Assembly (NCBI GenBank): GCA_046563655.1
Contig: CM102288.1
Span: 3,906,001-3,970,000 of the forward strand
DNA length: 64,000 nucleotides
From: Yuukianura sp. NJ FZ-2021
Lineage: Eukaryota
Direction: 5' to 3'
Part shown: one piece after another, positions 9,681 to 22,800 of the stretch
How the letters are laid out: each line of letters starts with the position of its first letter
Numbering within the stretch: the stretch's first letter is position 1
Program-made: the position numbers and the translations under genes
The notes under the pieces: model-generated
What the model was told of the DNA's origin: nothing
The model's input: the letters and a program-made list of their open reading frames with translations, nothing else
The model's database searches: none

Positions 9681-12600
9681 AGAGCATTAAAGTACAAAAT
9701 TTGATTGAATTTGCAAAATTATTGTTCTGAAATTGCAAAAGTTCAAGAAAATCTTAAAATTTTATCAGCAAAATGGCTTTTTTCGTTGAATAAAAATGAA
9801 AAGCATATAACACAGCACAATTTTTCTGAATTACTAAAAATTGTATACTTGGTACTTGAGAAGTTTTACTGTATTAGACTCTGTCACTACGAAAGCGCAA
9901 GTGAAAGTTCAAATTTTCTGAACTATTTGACCTTTGGCCTTAAAAGTTGTCATTGAAAACTTTGTCACACTGACACCAAATCCTGTTCAAAATATTTTGA
10001 AGCCTGTTGACACTTTGTAAAGACTTCTGAAGATGAAGTGTCGTTAGTTTGCATTTTTTTCTATTTCTCTACAAAATCGACTGCGGAGATCAATTTGTTT
10101 AATGGTCCAGCACCGAGATCCGGAGACAAGTAGAATATAAGCATAGTGCAGATCGAATAACGTAGGCGACAAGATGCTGAAGACGAAGCTGAAGATGCTG
10201 TGCAGATAAAGAGACTTGGGAATTGGGATAATGGCTGCTCAAAGTCTCCTGAAATACGGCACAAATCAGTCGGAGGACGAATTAAGGAGGTTCTTTCTCT
10301 CTCTCCAGGAGATAATGAAATAAGAATCCCATTGGATTTATACTAAGGTCTCATTTCACACAAAAAAGTGCAGGAGAAAGTCCTACTTCAAAAAAAAACG
10401 GAAGAGAAAGTCCTCTTCCTCAGGAAAAACCAGCAAAAGCCTCTCTTTGGCAACAGAAAACTTGAAGAGGTCCAGCTTTTTGACAAAATGTCGGAGAAAG
10501 TTCGTTTTTCTTCTTTTTTGTTTGTAGACGAGCCTGTTGCGTTGTCTGTGTCATTAAATTAATTTGCGACAGAATCAGACAGCTGCACCCGTAGATGATT
10601 TTCTCTCTCGCGTTTTTGGCACGTTTGGAAATCCAATTGAACTTGCGCAGTTGAGTGACCTATTGACCTTGTTTGTACAAAATTGAAAAGTTGACTTTAT
10701 TGATTCTCTGCTTCTGTGGAATAAGTAATTAACACTATTATGTGGAATTGGTATTTAGATATTCCAATTTTGGGCTTAATTTTGTAATTTGGTTGACTTG
10801 GAATGAAAATTTCTTTTTTTGGAGAAATTTTTTGGTTGACTGGAATTGCAAAAGCGTGGTGATGGTGCTGGATTTGGGAAAGGAAAAAAATCACAAAGGA
10901 AAAGTCGGCACGGGGTTGGATTTTTACGTAAACGTAAGCTTTTCTCAGTATTTTCTGCGTAGAGCAAAGCTTGTGTGGAGCCAACGAAGCAAACCACTCT
11001 CGCACGTAACCTTCGACCCAGAAAATGCTTTTTAAAAGAAAACGATTCCTCTGGGACTTTGATTTTGTTTGCTCCACAGAACTTTCTCTAAAAACGAAAA
11101 AGCTGAGTTCTTGGTTCAGAAAATATTAGAGAATGCTTTCTAATAAGAAAAATTCCTAAAAAATTTTTGAAAGAAACCCGTAGAAGATGAATTCTTCCTC
11201 AAATCCTCATTTGTACTCTAACTTCTTTCAGATTAACTGCAATCCGAGCCTTGGTAACCCGGCATGAGGGTTAGTTTGGGTCAATACAGGTCATCTCTAC
11301 TTTCACTTGTTAGGTTATTGAATTTGTGCTAAATTGGAAGACAGTGAAAATGCGGGTATCTTCAGGTTGTCAGAAATTGGGAAATTGATTTATTGGATTT
11401 TTGCTAACACAGCAGGATTTTGTATTTGCCAGGATTTGCCAATATCGCTGCTGTTTTTCGCCTTGTGCAGTTCAATCCCACGGATGTCTGCAAAAAGCAC
11501 GTTTTTAGTTCGATTATCAGCGGTTTAGTTTGAAAATGGGCTTCGTTTGGGTCAAGTCACAAAAGATAGACAACGTCCATGTCAATTTCTGCATCTGAAC
11601 CAATTTGTCCAGGGTTGCAAGCTACAGGGAAACCTGAATCTAGTGTCTTTAGGTTTCTCTTAAAGAAATTCAATAAAAGAGTCAAAACTGAAATCCAGAT
11701 ACAAAAATGAAGCAGAGTAGTCAAATCTACAAAGTAAATTCAAGACAGATTCACTGGTTCGTTTAACTGTTCAGGCAAAAACATGTTAAATATTTTTTTT
11801 AGCACTGCAATCTACAGAAATGTCAATATCGTCGATAATTTCTGATTTAATTACCACTTCGTTATAGTATGAAAATTTAGTCGTTTCTAGGGAACTAACA
11901 TAGTATTTGGGTATTATGAGCCTATAAAATCCCGGGTAGTTTCCATCTTCTCACCCGCTTCAACCCTGCACTTCTTGTATTTAGAGTGGGCCGTTGGAAA
12001 TGAATTTTGTTGAGCAAGTGAAAGCTCTTCCTCTTTGGGATTTAAGATGGAAATAAATGTGGGTCTTAATGGGTCTGTAGTAAAGCACTTTTGTGGCCAA
12101 TGAGGCTCTTCATACATTGACATTGTCTATTAAATCTACAGAGCAGGCATTGAAAACGTTCAAAAACGAAAATACATCGACACTTTTCAAAATCCAACTT
12201 TTATGTTCACTCTTAAACGTGAAAGTAAGAAAAAAGATTTTTCGGTGAAAGCTTTTCACTGAAACGCTCTGTAGATTCTGAAGGGGGTTGTTTTTTTAGA
12301 TGGGTCTTAAAATCGGCGAATTGCATAATAAGTTTGCATGTCCAAAGTGTAATTTGCGAGGCAGCGATGGACTAACTCTGTACTTTCCTTGGGTGATGCA
12401 CTGAATAGTGAAAATGTTAGGAAAAAAGTGAAAGTGTTTAACTTAAATGTGAAAGCGACTCTGTGCTTTCATTGAATCTATGAAAGTTATGTAGAATCTA
12501 AACAGATTGGTGACAAAGTACGTAATGTAGTTGTCAGTTGTCACTTCCCAGACTCCTCCTCCCACATTGAACATCTTCGTATTATTTTGAAGCGATTTGT

Positions 12601-12682
12601 ATGACTAAGCGTTAAGCTGTAAAGTGGATTGGTGTCCGTATGGAGCAGTTGGAAGCGATGGGGAAAGTGTGGGGTGGTGGAG

Positions 12683-12813
12683 TATATAAACCCGGGCCTC
12701 CTCACCCTCAACCTCTTCAATTGCCACTCTCACACCGAAAAGAAAACACTTTCTCCTCCTATTCACCAGCTTTCACCCTCACAACTTCACAAACTTACAA
12801 AGAACATTCAAAG
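12683..12813 (+). promoter_or_regulatory. TATA box and putative non-coding first exon of the orcokinin gene
   Basis: TATATAAA at 12683, donor AAG|GTAAAG at 12814, and a matching acceptor TTTTTCAG immediately before ATG 13092. Confidence 0.55.
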
Positions 12814-13091
12814 GTAAAGTTATTTTTTGTCAAAATTTTGAAATTTGGAAAGCGAAAAGGCTTCTTCGAAAAATTTACCTAGGATGTCTTGAGCATCTTT
12901 GAAAAACAACTTTTTCTGTGGGGGAAATTTCGGAGAAAGTTTTGCAGGATTTCGAAGTTAGACAAAAAAATTTTTATTTCACACCCGTTAGATGATACGG
13001 CAAAAAAGTTCAAGTTCTGAAGTTTTGAATTGTCAATTGAAACAACTTGGAAATTTTGAATTTGATTAACATATTTGATTGTGTTTTTCAG

Positions 13092-16000
13092 ATGGTTCGG
13101 ATTGAAGTGACTCTGGTATGCGTTTGTATTCCGCTTATCCTGGCAGCTCCGGCTGATGAGACCTTAAAACAACAGGTAAGATTAAGAAAAATTTTGCAGT
13201 AACAAATTAGATCCGTAAGGTGAAAGTTTTCTCTTTTCAAGAAAGTTGTAACTTTTGCTTTTAAAGCAAACTTTTTCTTAAGAAAAAAACGAGAAAGGGA
13301 AAGAGAAAGAAAAGAAACATTTAATCTCAAGCTTTTAGTCAGTGTCAGCAATTTCCATAATGTGTGCTAATTTGAAAATTTCCAAGTCCAAATCTTACGA
13401 TCTGGCAAAAACATTACGCTGCTTTGGGATTTCTGAATGTGAAACATAAATCATATTCAAGTTCAACATGTAAAATGCAAGACACCTTCAAATTTGAAAA
13501 GTTCACAAGCCCATGCTGCGTTGTTATCAAAATTTTCCAAATTGGACTCATTCAGGTGAAAAGTGAAAGTCAGAAAGTTTGCATAATGTAAACAATGTAA
13601 AGCCAAGCAGAAAATTTGCATCTCTAAACATCCTGCTGCTCCTCATTTGTCAAAAGATTCACCCAAATTTGAATTTTTTCAAAAATACTTTTCTCTTGTT
13701 CCTTCCAATTTGCAAATCCGTTCGTCGGTTCAATTTTTTTTGTCAACTTTCTGAAACTTTTTTTTTCAAATTCTGGGCGTTGAAAAATGTTAGGGTGAAA
13801 GTCCTTGGAGAAAAGTAGTAATTAATACATAATCGTTCGTCCCAACTTTATTTTCCATTGGTGCTCTAAATATTTGAGTAGAGGGAATGCCGAAAACAAT
13901 TCCACTCTTATTTTCTGCTACTAAAATGTTCAAAAGTTTACTCTTTGCTAATAAAATGTTTTACGAACTTCTATTTCCAATACCACCTTGATTGTGGGTT
14001 GCAAAAGCAATTATTCCCCTCATTTTCACTTTGATGATAGTAGTACATCACAGCCTTTGTGTTTTCACTTTTAAGTCCAAAGTTTTAACAAAACCAATCC
14101 AATTTTAGTTTCCAAAAAACCATGAAATACTTATTTGAATTCATAATAAAACGAGAAATTCCTTAAACACTTTTGCGGTTAGAAATTAAATTAGAACTAC
14201 TGATGTCCATCTCCAGGTAAAATGTTTTTGAACATCCTCCCTTTAGAAATGAAAATCAATTTTGATCTAAATTGAAAACAAGATTTCACTTTCACAACTT
14301 TCACATGGAGAAATTCCTTTTCATGATTTAATTTCCTGGAACGTTTTTGATTAAACTAGAAATCTCATTTGTGATTTCAAGATTTTTACTATGCTTTCGA
14401 ATCGCAAGTTGCGACTAATTTGTGTTTGGTCGCTTTAGAAATTCTTGAATTTTTGAAAATGCTTAAATTTTTGTAAAGTTGCAGAAGTTGAAAACGCGAC
14501 AAACAGGAAGTGTTGTTCTCCAGAAATCATTCGATGCAGGTAGAAAGATCTGGAGGTAAATTGAGACGTTCGAAGGATAGCTAGAATGTGAATTCAAAAA
14601 CCAAGGTCATAAGGGGTCAAAGGTTACGAAATTTGAAAATGTTACCTTGACACAAGCTTGGTAGTCTTTGAACAAAGCTTTGCAAGGAACCATGTCAGGT
14701 TTAGATTTGCCTTTGAGGAATTCATGAGCAAACCAATCATTGAAACAAGCGTCGTACTTGTCCTTCAACTCCCAGCACTCACGACCCAGACTTCCAACTT
14801 TAGCCAACTGAAATTTCAAAAAGCGGAGTTCAGAATTTCAAAAAAGTAACATTTTAAGAAAAAAGTACGTCTTCCTGCTTGATATTTGCAAAAATATCTT
14901 CCTTCTTCTTTTTTCCTCCATGAGGTTTCTTGACAGTCGGTGGAGCTTTCTCTTTTGGCGACATTTTCTAAAAATTTGCTCTAAAAGTCAAACTTTTTAC
15001 AACTTGATTCAAATCCAGCCGAATTTTCCCAAAAAAGGTGAAGCCATTTTTCAAAATTTTCTAGTTTTTTTAAATGTATACACATAAAGTTTTGATCAAA
15101 CGCAACCATGACAATTTTGTTACAATCTAACATAGTGTGAGCTTTCTATCCCCTACTTAAAAATTCACACCTTCATTCCTGTAATTACGGTTTTGCGAAG
15201 CATTGAATTTCTTCAACTACGGATTTACTGTGACAAAAGTTCAAAATTTAGTCCGGAAAGCCTCTTTTTGTTCAAAATCCAGGCACCGTAGAAACAGAAG
15301 CACTTAAGTCTCTTTTTAAAACAAAGGGACACATGAGTGAGTAGGTTCCTTTGTCTTACAAAGGGTAGAGCCCTTGACAAAGGGCCTCTTTCCTTATGCA
15401 GAGAAAGTAGTTTTCTCCAGAGACAATGAATTAGACATTGGACCAACTCCATTCTTTTCCTCTTCCAGCCTAAAATCCCAAGCGAAATCCTCTTGTCCCA
15501 GACTCGACTGCTGATTTTTCCTTTCAGCTTTGGAATAAATAAATAAGGTAGTGAATTAGTAGGACACTGAATCGCTCAAATGTCAACACCCTAACCCTTG
15601 GCTGAAAGGCTGAAAGAGTGAGCTTACTTTACCTCTCAAATGATCAACATTTTAAAAGTAACCATAAATTCAAAAGTTTAGCTCAAAATTCAAAACAGTT
15701 TGTTGCGTAGTTTCCGGCGGGAGATTTGAGAGATAGAATGAAAGCAACACGGGGAAAGCTGCAAGTGAGAACGGAATCCGATTAGAGTCACTCTTGTGGC
15801 ACTTAAGCCCTTAAGCTCACTTAAGTCCTCTGACACCTCTTCACTGCAAATCACACCTCTGATTGGCGGATGCTAGATTCCAAGGAGTGATTCTGATTGG
15901 TCCAAATTCTTGTGGTTGGTTGTCGGGAATTTGTCAGGGATTAAATGATAAAACGATACTTTCTCTACCATAACAGCAAAAACTTCTTAGTTCGTTGGCT

Positions 16001-17104
16001 GTTCAGAAAACTTTTCAGAAAAAAGTTTTTGAGGAAGGTCACGGTTTGAGTGAAAGTTTAATTGGAGATTTCTGGCAGAAGATTTTCTTTTCGGAAGAAA
16101 ATCTTAGGAGAAAGTTGATCTGATGGCAACTCCTCATTATTTTTTTGGTTCATCAGAAAAAGATTAGTTTCATCGAACTTTGTTGTTGATTTTTGTTCGT
16201 GTCTTGCCTCTTCTTGTGAGTTTTTTGGTCGTTAGTTGTTGCGGAATCCTAATGAGAAGCAATTTGGAAAAATTGGTCACAATCTTTTAGATTTTTCCAA
16301 GACACGTTTCAAATCTCATCCGAAAAAGAGACGCACATCAAAATTCATTACACAGGGGAAATGTTATTTGGGGATCAAGAAACCACAACGGAGAAAATCT
16401 TGTGTGTGGGAAGAGAAAGTTTTTGACAAAAAATTTCAAAGGAAAAACAGAAACTTTGAAGATTTTTTAACACAAACAGAAAAAGTGCTATGAATTTACA
16501 AAAACTTCTCCAGACATTTTTTTTATAAAAATTTTCCCGTTTATAGGTGTCTGGACTTTACCGAAACGACGGCGGTTACTGGAACATGATTGGACCGGGT
16601 AAGTTTTTACTAACTTTTGAACCACGCTGTACATCTCACGCATGAGTAAAACTAATGCATGACCCTTGACACCAATTTTTTGCATGATTCTTGCACTTTT
16701 GCACTACTTGACCTTGTGTGCCCTTCCACGTGACCTGTTGAGGAAGTGTAGACGAGGACGGAGATAGAATTGACGTGGAGACGCGAGCCGTGGACAGCCT
16801 TGGACGCGGGAATATTTTGAAACGCGGATTCGACGATGGCCTGAACATTGGCCTTGGTGATTGGACTTCTCCGAGATCCAATTGGCGCTTTGGTGCTGAC
16901 CGAATTTCGGGAAAGCGCGGGGGGTCACTTGACTCTTTAGGTCGAGGTCACATTCTGCGTAGCCTTCCAGAGCCACAGGACGATCTGTTCAACATTTACC
17001 GATCTTGGTTGAATTCTGACAGGATTCGACCAATAGGAGCGTCTAGGACGCTAGACTCCCTTGGTAAAGGCAACATCCTCAAACGGTCAACGCGAGATGC
17101 TTAA
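13092..17104 (+). CDS. Orcokinin: Orcokinin precursor, B-type isoform (exons 13092-13175, 16547-16598, 16743 or 16752-17104)
   Basis: Signal peptide [18 protein letters not shown] and shared exon [17 protein letters not shown]. The terminal exon encodes [24 protein letters not shown] and [11 protein letters not shown] flanked by R/KR, matching the orcokinin-B pattern (LDSIGGGHLI-like). Confidence 0.82.
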
Positions 17105-18563
17105 ATCTGACATTCGATCTCTCAATACTTTGTGTATCGAAAGCAGAAAATGATAAATTTTTGCTAACTAACGAAAATTATAGGCTAGAAATCGAACGAT
17201 TTTTGAAATCAGAAGATTTTCGAAAACGAAATTCTAAATTTAAACATATCAGGAATCAATTCATCGACTTTTTGCGAACCCTACACTACAGTGTTTTAAC
17301 AACTTTTAAATGCTTTTCAATATCCAGGGAAAACTGTACGCTTGTAAGCTTTTTCAGAAAACAGAAGTTTGTTAACCTTTTAAAATTTGGAACAAACCAA
17401 TGAGTGCTTGAGGGAGTTTGAACGAAAGTGACTTTTTTCAATTTCAAAAAGTCTGTAAATGACATTCCCAATACGAATTCTAAGCATGCTACTTTCAAAT
17501 TTCAAAAATTGCACAAAAATTGTACACAAATTGCACAAAGTCTAAGCACTTTTATTGCATAAAAATTATTTGTAGCATGAGATGCACTAAGCACAGCACG
17601 AATTAGCATGGATTTAATTTCTGCAAGAAAACTTGCTTTTGAACCAGAGTCAATAAAGTGAGTGAAGGCAAATATTGAAAATGGAGCTTCATTGCACTTT
17701 TTTTTGAAAAATGGAAGTTTTTTAATGTTTTTTTTTGAAATGTGAAATGTGAACATACCCCTTAAGTAAAAACCACTTGAGGAAGCGAGAGGTTTTCATG
17801 CCCTGTCAAAAACATAAAAGAAAACTTTTACCTTTGATGATCTAACGACGAGTTTCCACTTCCCAGGATCCTCAAGTTTCAAAAATCGACAACTTTCTCC
17901 AAAGTTATGAATTTTCAAAGTCAGTGATTTCAAGCGGAAGAGAAAAATGTGAAAAGGAAAGCAGAGATAAAGTTTCCTTGTTATTAGATTTTTCACACAT
18001 TTCACAATCTACAAAATTTGTCTGTCTTTTGACGTAAACAAAACGCAGAAATTATTGTTAGAGAGGAACACGAAGCATTTACTTTCTTGTTTTTGAAAAC
18101 GAAGCACATTTTTAGCACGGAAGCATGACCCTGGAATGCAAAAGTTAATTGTGATTAAAGTTAATTTTAGTTAAGCTAATGTAAAAATTGTACTAAAATG
18201 AAAGGTCATGATGGTTCAGCTCCGCAGCTTCGGAGGTTGGAGGAGGCCCTTCAACTTCAGCAGTTTGCACCACTTCACAAGAAGTTTGACTCTCTCAGGT
18301 CAGAGAAAGCACAAATTCATAAATTAACTTAACTAATTAGTTAATTATGATTAATCTTAATTTTGAAGTTGATTTTGATTTGAAGTGGTCGGACATTTGG
18401 CGGAGAGAAACGGAATTTCGACGAAATTGACCGGACTGGCTTTGGGAGTTTCGTAAAGAAGAATTTCGACGAAATTGATCGGAATGGCTTTGGCTTCAAC
18501 AAGAGAAACTTTGACGAAATTGATCGCACTGGGTTCGGGTCATTCGTCAAAAGGTCAACTTAA
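13092..18563 (+). CDS. Orcokinin: Orcokinin precursor, A-type isoform (exons 13092-13175, 16547-16598, 18205-18298, 18386-18563)
   Basis: Phase-consistent splicing yields [72 protein letters not shown] is the orcokinin signature. The ORF track shows only the antisense frame here. Confidence 0.92.
14527..14964 (-). CDS. TRIAP1: TRIAP1/Mdm35-like twin CX9C protein, 3 exons (14964-14869, 14806-14646, 14580-14527), nested antisense in an orcokinin intron
   Basis: [29 protein letters not shown]...[14 protein letters not shown] contains two CX9C motifs in the Mdm35/TRIAP1 arrangement. Introns are phase-0 GT-AG. Confidence 0.82.
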
Positions 18564-19845
18564 GAGTCACTAGTTCAGGTCACTTCACATTCTCTAATGT
18601 AAAAACTGTAAAAACTTTTGTTCATAAAGTTTTAGCTCATTTTAACCCAGTTAAAATTAGGAAATTGTTAAAAGCACAATTAAACTAACTAGAAATTCAG
18701 CATTCATTTTCCAAAAAAAAATTCGTAGCACTCCATGTTAAAATATATGATATGAAATTGCAATATAACAAAAAAAATTTAAATTTTGGCACATTGTATT
18801 TTTTAGTTGCAAAGTTTTTAGTTTCAAAATTTTGAAAGTGTTGAACGCAAAATTATGGGGAAAGAAACTGCTTAAAAGCGCTGAAACTGGAAACAACGAA
18901 CGGAAAAAAGAGAAAACCAGCACTAATTTCAAATGTTAAATTTAAAAAAAAACACATTTTAAATAAAGACTAAATTTAGTGTTAAAATTCCATGTTAATA
19001 TGAGTAATTAGATGAGTTTTAATGTGTTGCCAAAAATTGTACCAAACTTTTAACTAATAACTGTAATATTTTAGTCTCCGTATTACTATTTTAATGAATT
19101 AATCAAAAATTAAAAAAAAGTTTTGTTTTCTGATATCACTGCACCGATTAATGAATCAATTAATGCAACTAATCACAATTTAACACAAATAATATCAAAC
19201 CAAACACTTTTCATCATTTTGAGTTTCAAAATTAAAGTTAAAGCAAATTTAGCTCCCATAAAAGCATATCGTGAGACCTCAAATTATTAAACATTTCAGT
19301 CCAAAATGCATTTAACACCATCAACAAATTAGTTAATTACAAACTTAACTTAATTATTTTAAACTTCCTAAATTAACGAGTCATAAAAACTAGAAAATTG
19401 AGCACAATTTCTCCTCCACCGGAGACTGTTCTGGGATTCTGACTTTCCGTAGCGGAAAAGTTAAAGTTTGTGGCTGTGTAATGGAATCAGGAAAGTACGG
19501 TTTGTGTAATTTCAATTAAAGTTGAGCAAACATTTAAACTTTTAAGTAATTTGTACATCTCTTGGCCTTGGAGGTTCCCTTACATAGTCAACTTTAATTA
19601 AGTTTACTTTTTCTCTCCAAAAGTTTAGATTACCAGTCACTCTTCTTTTCCCACAACAACAACAACTTTCTCCTCTCCTGTCTCCCAACTTCCAAGTTCA
19701 AATAAATACAAAATTAAACTATTGTCCAAGCACTGGAATTCAGTTTCACAACCCAACGAGGCTCCAGAATATCCTTGTCCAGAAGTCAACAACGACTCCA
19801 GAGCGGCCTTGTCCAGAACTCTAAAACCCTGGAGACACTTTCCAT

Positions 19846-22800
19846 TCAATCCAGTTTGCTAAGAATTATTGATGGGAAACGAACAAGGCGGAGTTGCGAA
19901 CCGTAGTCACACAAAATCCCATCGGCACAGGCCATAACCTGCCGCACAAACACCGTGTTATCACGGTGACCAAGACGAACGACTCGTACAATGTCACCAC
20001 TCCTCACGTCCCACACAATCAGCGAACCCTGAAACAGAGATACTGAAAATGAAACGGTACATCCGGTATCAGCTACCTAACTCGGTATTGATCATACCTG
20101 TTTATTGCTGATGAGGAGGTTGTGTGTGAGCATGACTAGACTTGAGCAGTACGAATGATTCTAAAATTAAAAACAAAAAATTGTTGTTTTCATGAATTCA
20201 AAATTCAGCAAAAGTTCAAAATTCGAAATTAGGCTTACCACTTGGATGGTTTGAAGAAGATGACCTTGAAATCTTTCCCAAACACAAATCTTGTTGTCCC
20301 CTCCAGCACTGATGATGTAACTGACAGAGTATGTTAGGGCACTCACAGGTCCATCATGAGCTTGAGTCGAGTACATACACATTCCTAAAAACCATGACAA
20401 AGGTCAAAGGTCATCGTCATTATAAACTTGGATTCAAATTAAACCAACCTGTTACGAGATCCCAAACGCAAAGCATCCCATCTTGACTTCCACTTCCAGA
20501 AGTCATTGGAGAAATTTTATCAATAAAAAGACAAGTAATCGGACCTAAACAAAACGAAATTTTGATTTTTTCAATTTCAGTCATTTTTTAGAAAAACATT
20601 AAAAAAAACTACCGTAGTGTCCATGTAGAGTATAAAATGGTTGATGGTCCTCCAGTCTGAAAACTTTGAGACAGTGATCTTGACTCCCCGTCAGAATCCG
20701 TCCTCCTTCTGAATCGAGACATGTGATTGGTTGCTGATGAGCTTTTAGCGTCGTTAACCAAACACATCGTATGTCTGAATCTAGAGAGTACGTGGACGTT
20801 CCACTTTCTCCATTCTCCACACTAAATCCAGAGTGCCCTGCCACAAAACCACCAAAAGTTTCAACTTTATCAACAAAACATGAACTACTTTCTCTCTTTT
20901 TCTCTCCAAAGTAAAGCAAACATGAAAAAGATTTTGAAAACTTACACCGATGAGACAGGGAGGACAGGTTGTCACTTTGCTGTCCATTGAGTGTTGACTC
21001 AATTTCCAGAAAATCCAGAGATCCATTAATCCTGGCCGTCACGAGTCGTGTTCCAATGAGCTTAAGGCACATGATTCCAGCTCCACTGTTGTCTTCGTAC
21101 ATGCACTAAAAACCAAAAAGTTACCATTCTAACTTTCAACTTTGACATTTGACAGAAACGTTTTTTCAACTTTCCTGTACCTTGAGGTATCCAGAAAAAC
21201 TGTCCCAAATCTCAACTCTTCCAGTACCGGTTCCGAGTACGACCAAGTTTTCTTGACACTCCAGACACCAAACCGGTGGGACCTCTTCTGTCCCATCAAC
21301 TTTTCTCTCCCGGATTTTTTCCAGAGGACTTCCAACTCTCGACTCTGAGCGTAAATTCCCAAAACTGCCATTGAAAGAAGCATTGGTTGGAAGTCCAAAA
21401 TGTCTTGGACCTCCTTGAAAACTGCCAGCAATAGGCATTACTTCTGCTGATGACGGAATTGGGATCGGTTGTGACTGATAGTCTTGACTCGGAAATGACG
21501 AAGTTCTGCGATGGTGTCCCATTACTGGTCCATTCGTCATCAGATCTACACTCTGTTGCTTGTGCGTCTGGATTGGCCCATTTCCAGAATTAGAATGTGT
21601 TGAACTAATTGAACAATTTCGTCGATGTTGGGGATGCGGTTGAGGGTATCCCACTGTTGGGGGAAACTGAGATGGTTGTTGCTGGAGATGGAAAACCTCA
21701 CCACCGCCATGTTGCATTTGAGAATGACTTGGAAAAAGCTGTGACTGTGACAATCGGCCACCTCCAGGTCTCTGTTGTAACTGCCTCGGGGCTGACCGGT
21801 CATACAGATATGACCCATTGGATTGTGACATAGCGTCGAAATTGTTTTGTGCAGGAGGAGACGAGCCCAGAAGCGATTCTCCGTCGGATCCAGTTTGACT
21901 TTGATGGAAACTCAAATCCTCCAATTCTGTTTGATTTGAAAGTTCTTCGAAATATCTTTTCAAAAAACGAAAGAAAAAGAGTTTTAGTGATAGAATGGTA
22001 ACATTTCCTGTAACTAATTTTGAAAACGTTTATGTTTTACAGTGTAAGTAAGTGAATTACCTCTTCCTATTGACAGTGAGGATATTATCCCCAGTGGTCG
22101 CATTCCAGATTTTCATGACTCCAGAGAGACAAACACTGGCAATGACATTTCCATCATTTCCCATGCACTCCACTTCCTCTGAATGCCCATCCAAAACCAA
22201 TGGCACAGCCTCAAACACAACCTGCTCCACATCGAAACACAAAGTGTAACATTTAAAACCATTTTCACAATAAAAACGAAACTTAATCAAACTTAGGCTA
22301 ATCAAATCAAATCCACGCACTTCAGTGTAGTACTCCTGAGAGGCTTCTCTTCTATTCATCCAACTGGATCTCCACTCAGCATAATTCCTGGAACAGATGC
22401 ACTTGTAGAAAACGACCACAGTGTAAGTAATGAAAATCAAACTGGGAATCGCAAGTAGCAGAGTCAGAGCCAACTCGATTGGTGTGTTCGGAATATATGG
22501 AATCTGAAAGTATCGAATTAAAAAAAATGTTAAAAACCGCAACTTTGGTCGTAAACGGAGAGTGTAAGCATAATTCCAAATTACAAAATTTAAAAACAGG
22601 AATTTACCTCTCGTCCTTCTTCCCAAGAGTAAAAGAATCCAAAACCGCCAATACTCCCTGCAGGAGTTATCGTCACTGCAGGAATGCTGCTGTCGTACTC
22701 ATCTTCATAAAAAATAATTTCAATAATATTTTTTCTTGAATTTCGTAAATATTCATGAACTTATTTCACTCACCAACAAAATCGATTGGTTCAAAAGCAT

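Noticed and set aside
10061..12123. Several short ORFs between the CNMa-like and orcokinin genes
   Set aside because: They show no recognisable domain and no consistent exon chain with a start and stop.
18341..18550. Minus-strand ORF with repeated PVRSISSKF
   Set aside because: It is the antisense shadow of the orcokinin A repeats (NFDEIDRTG).
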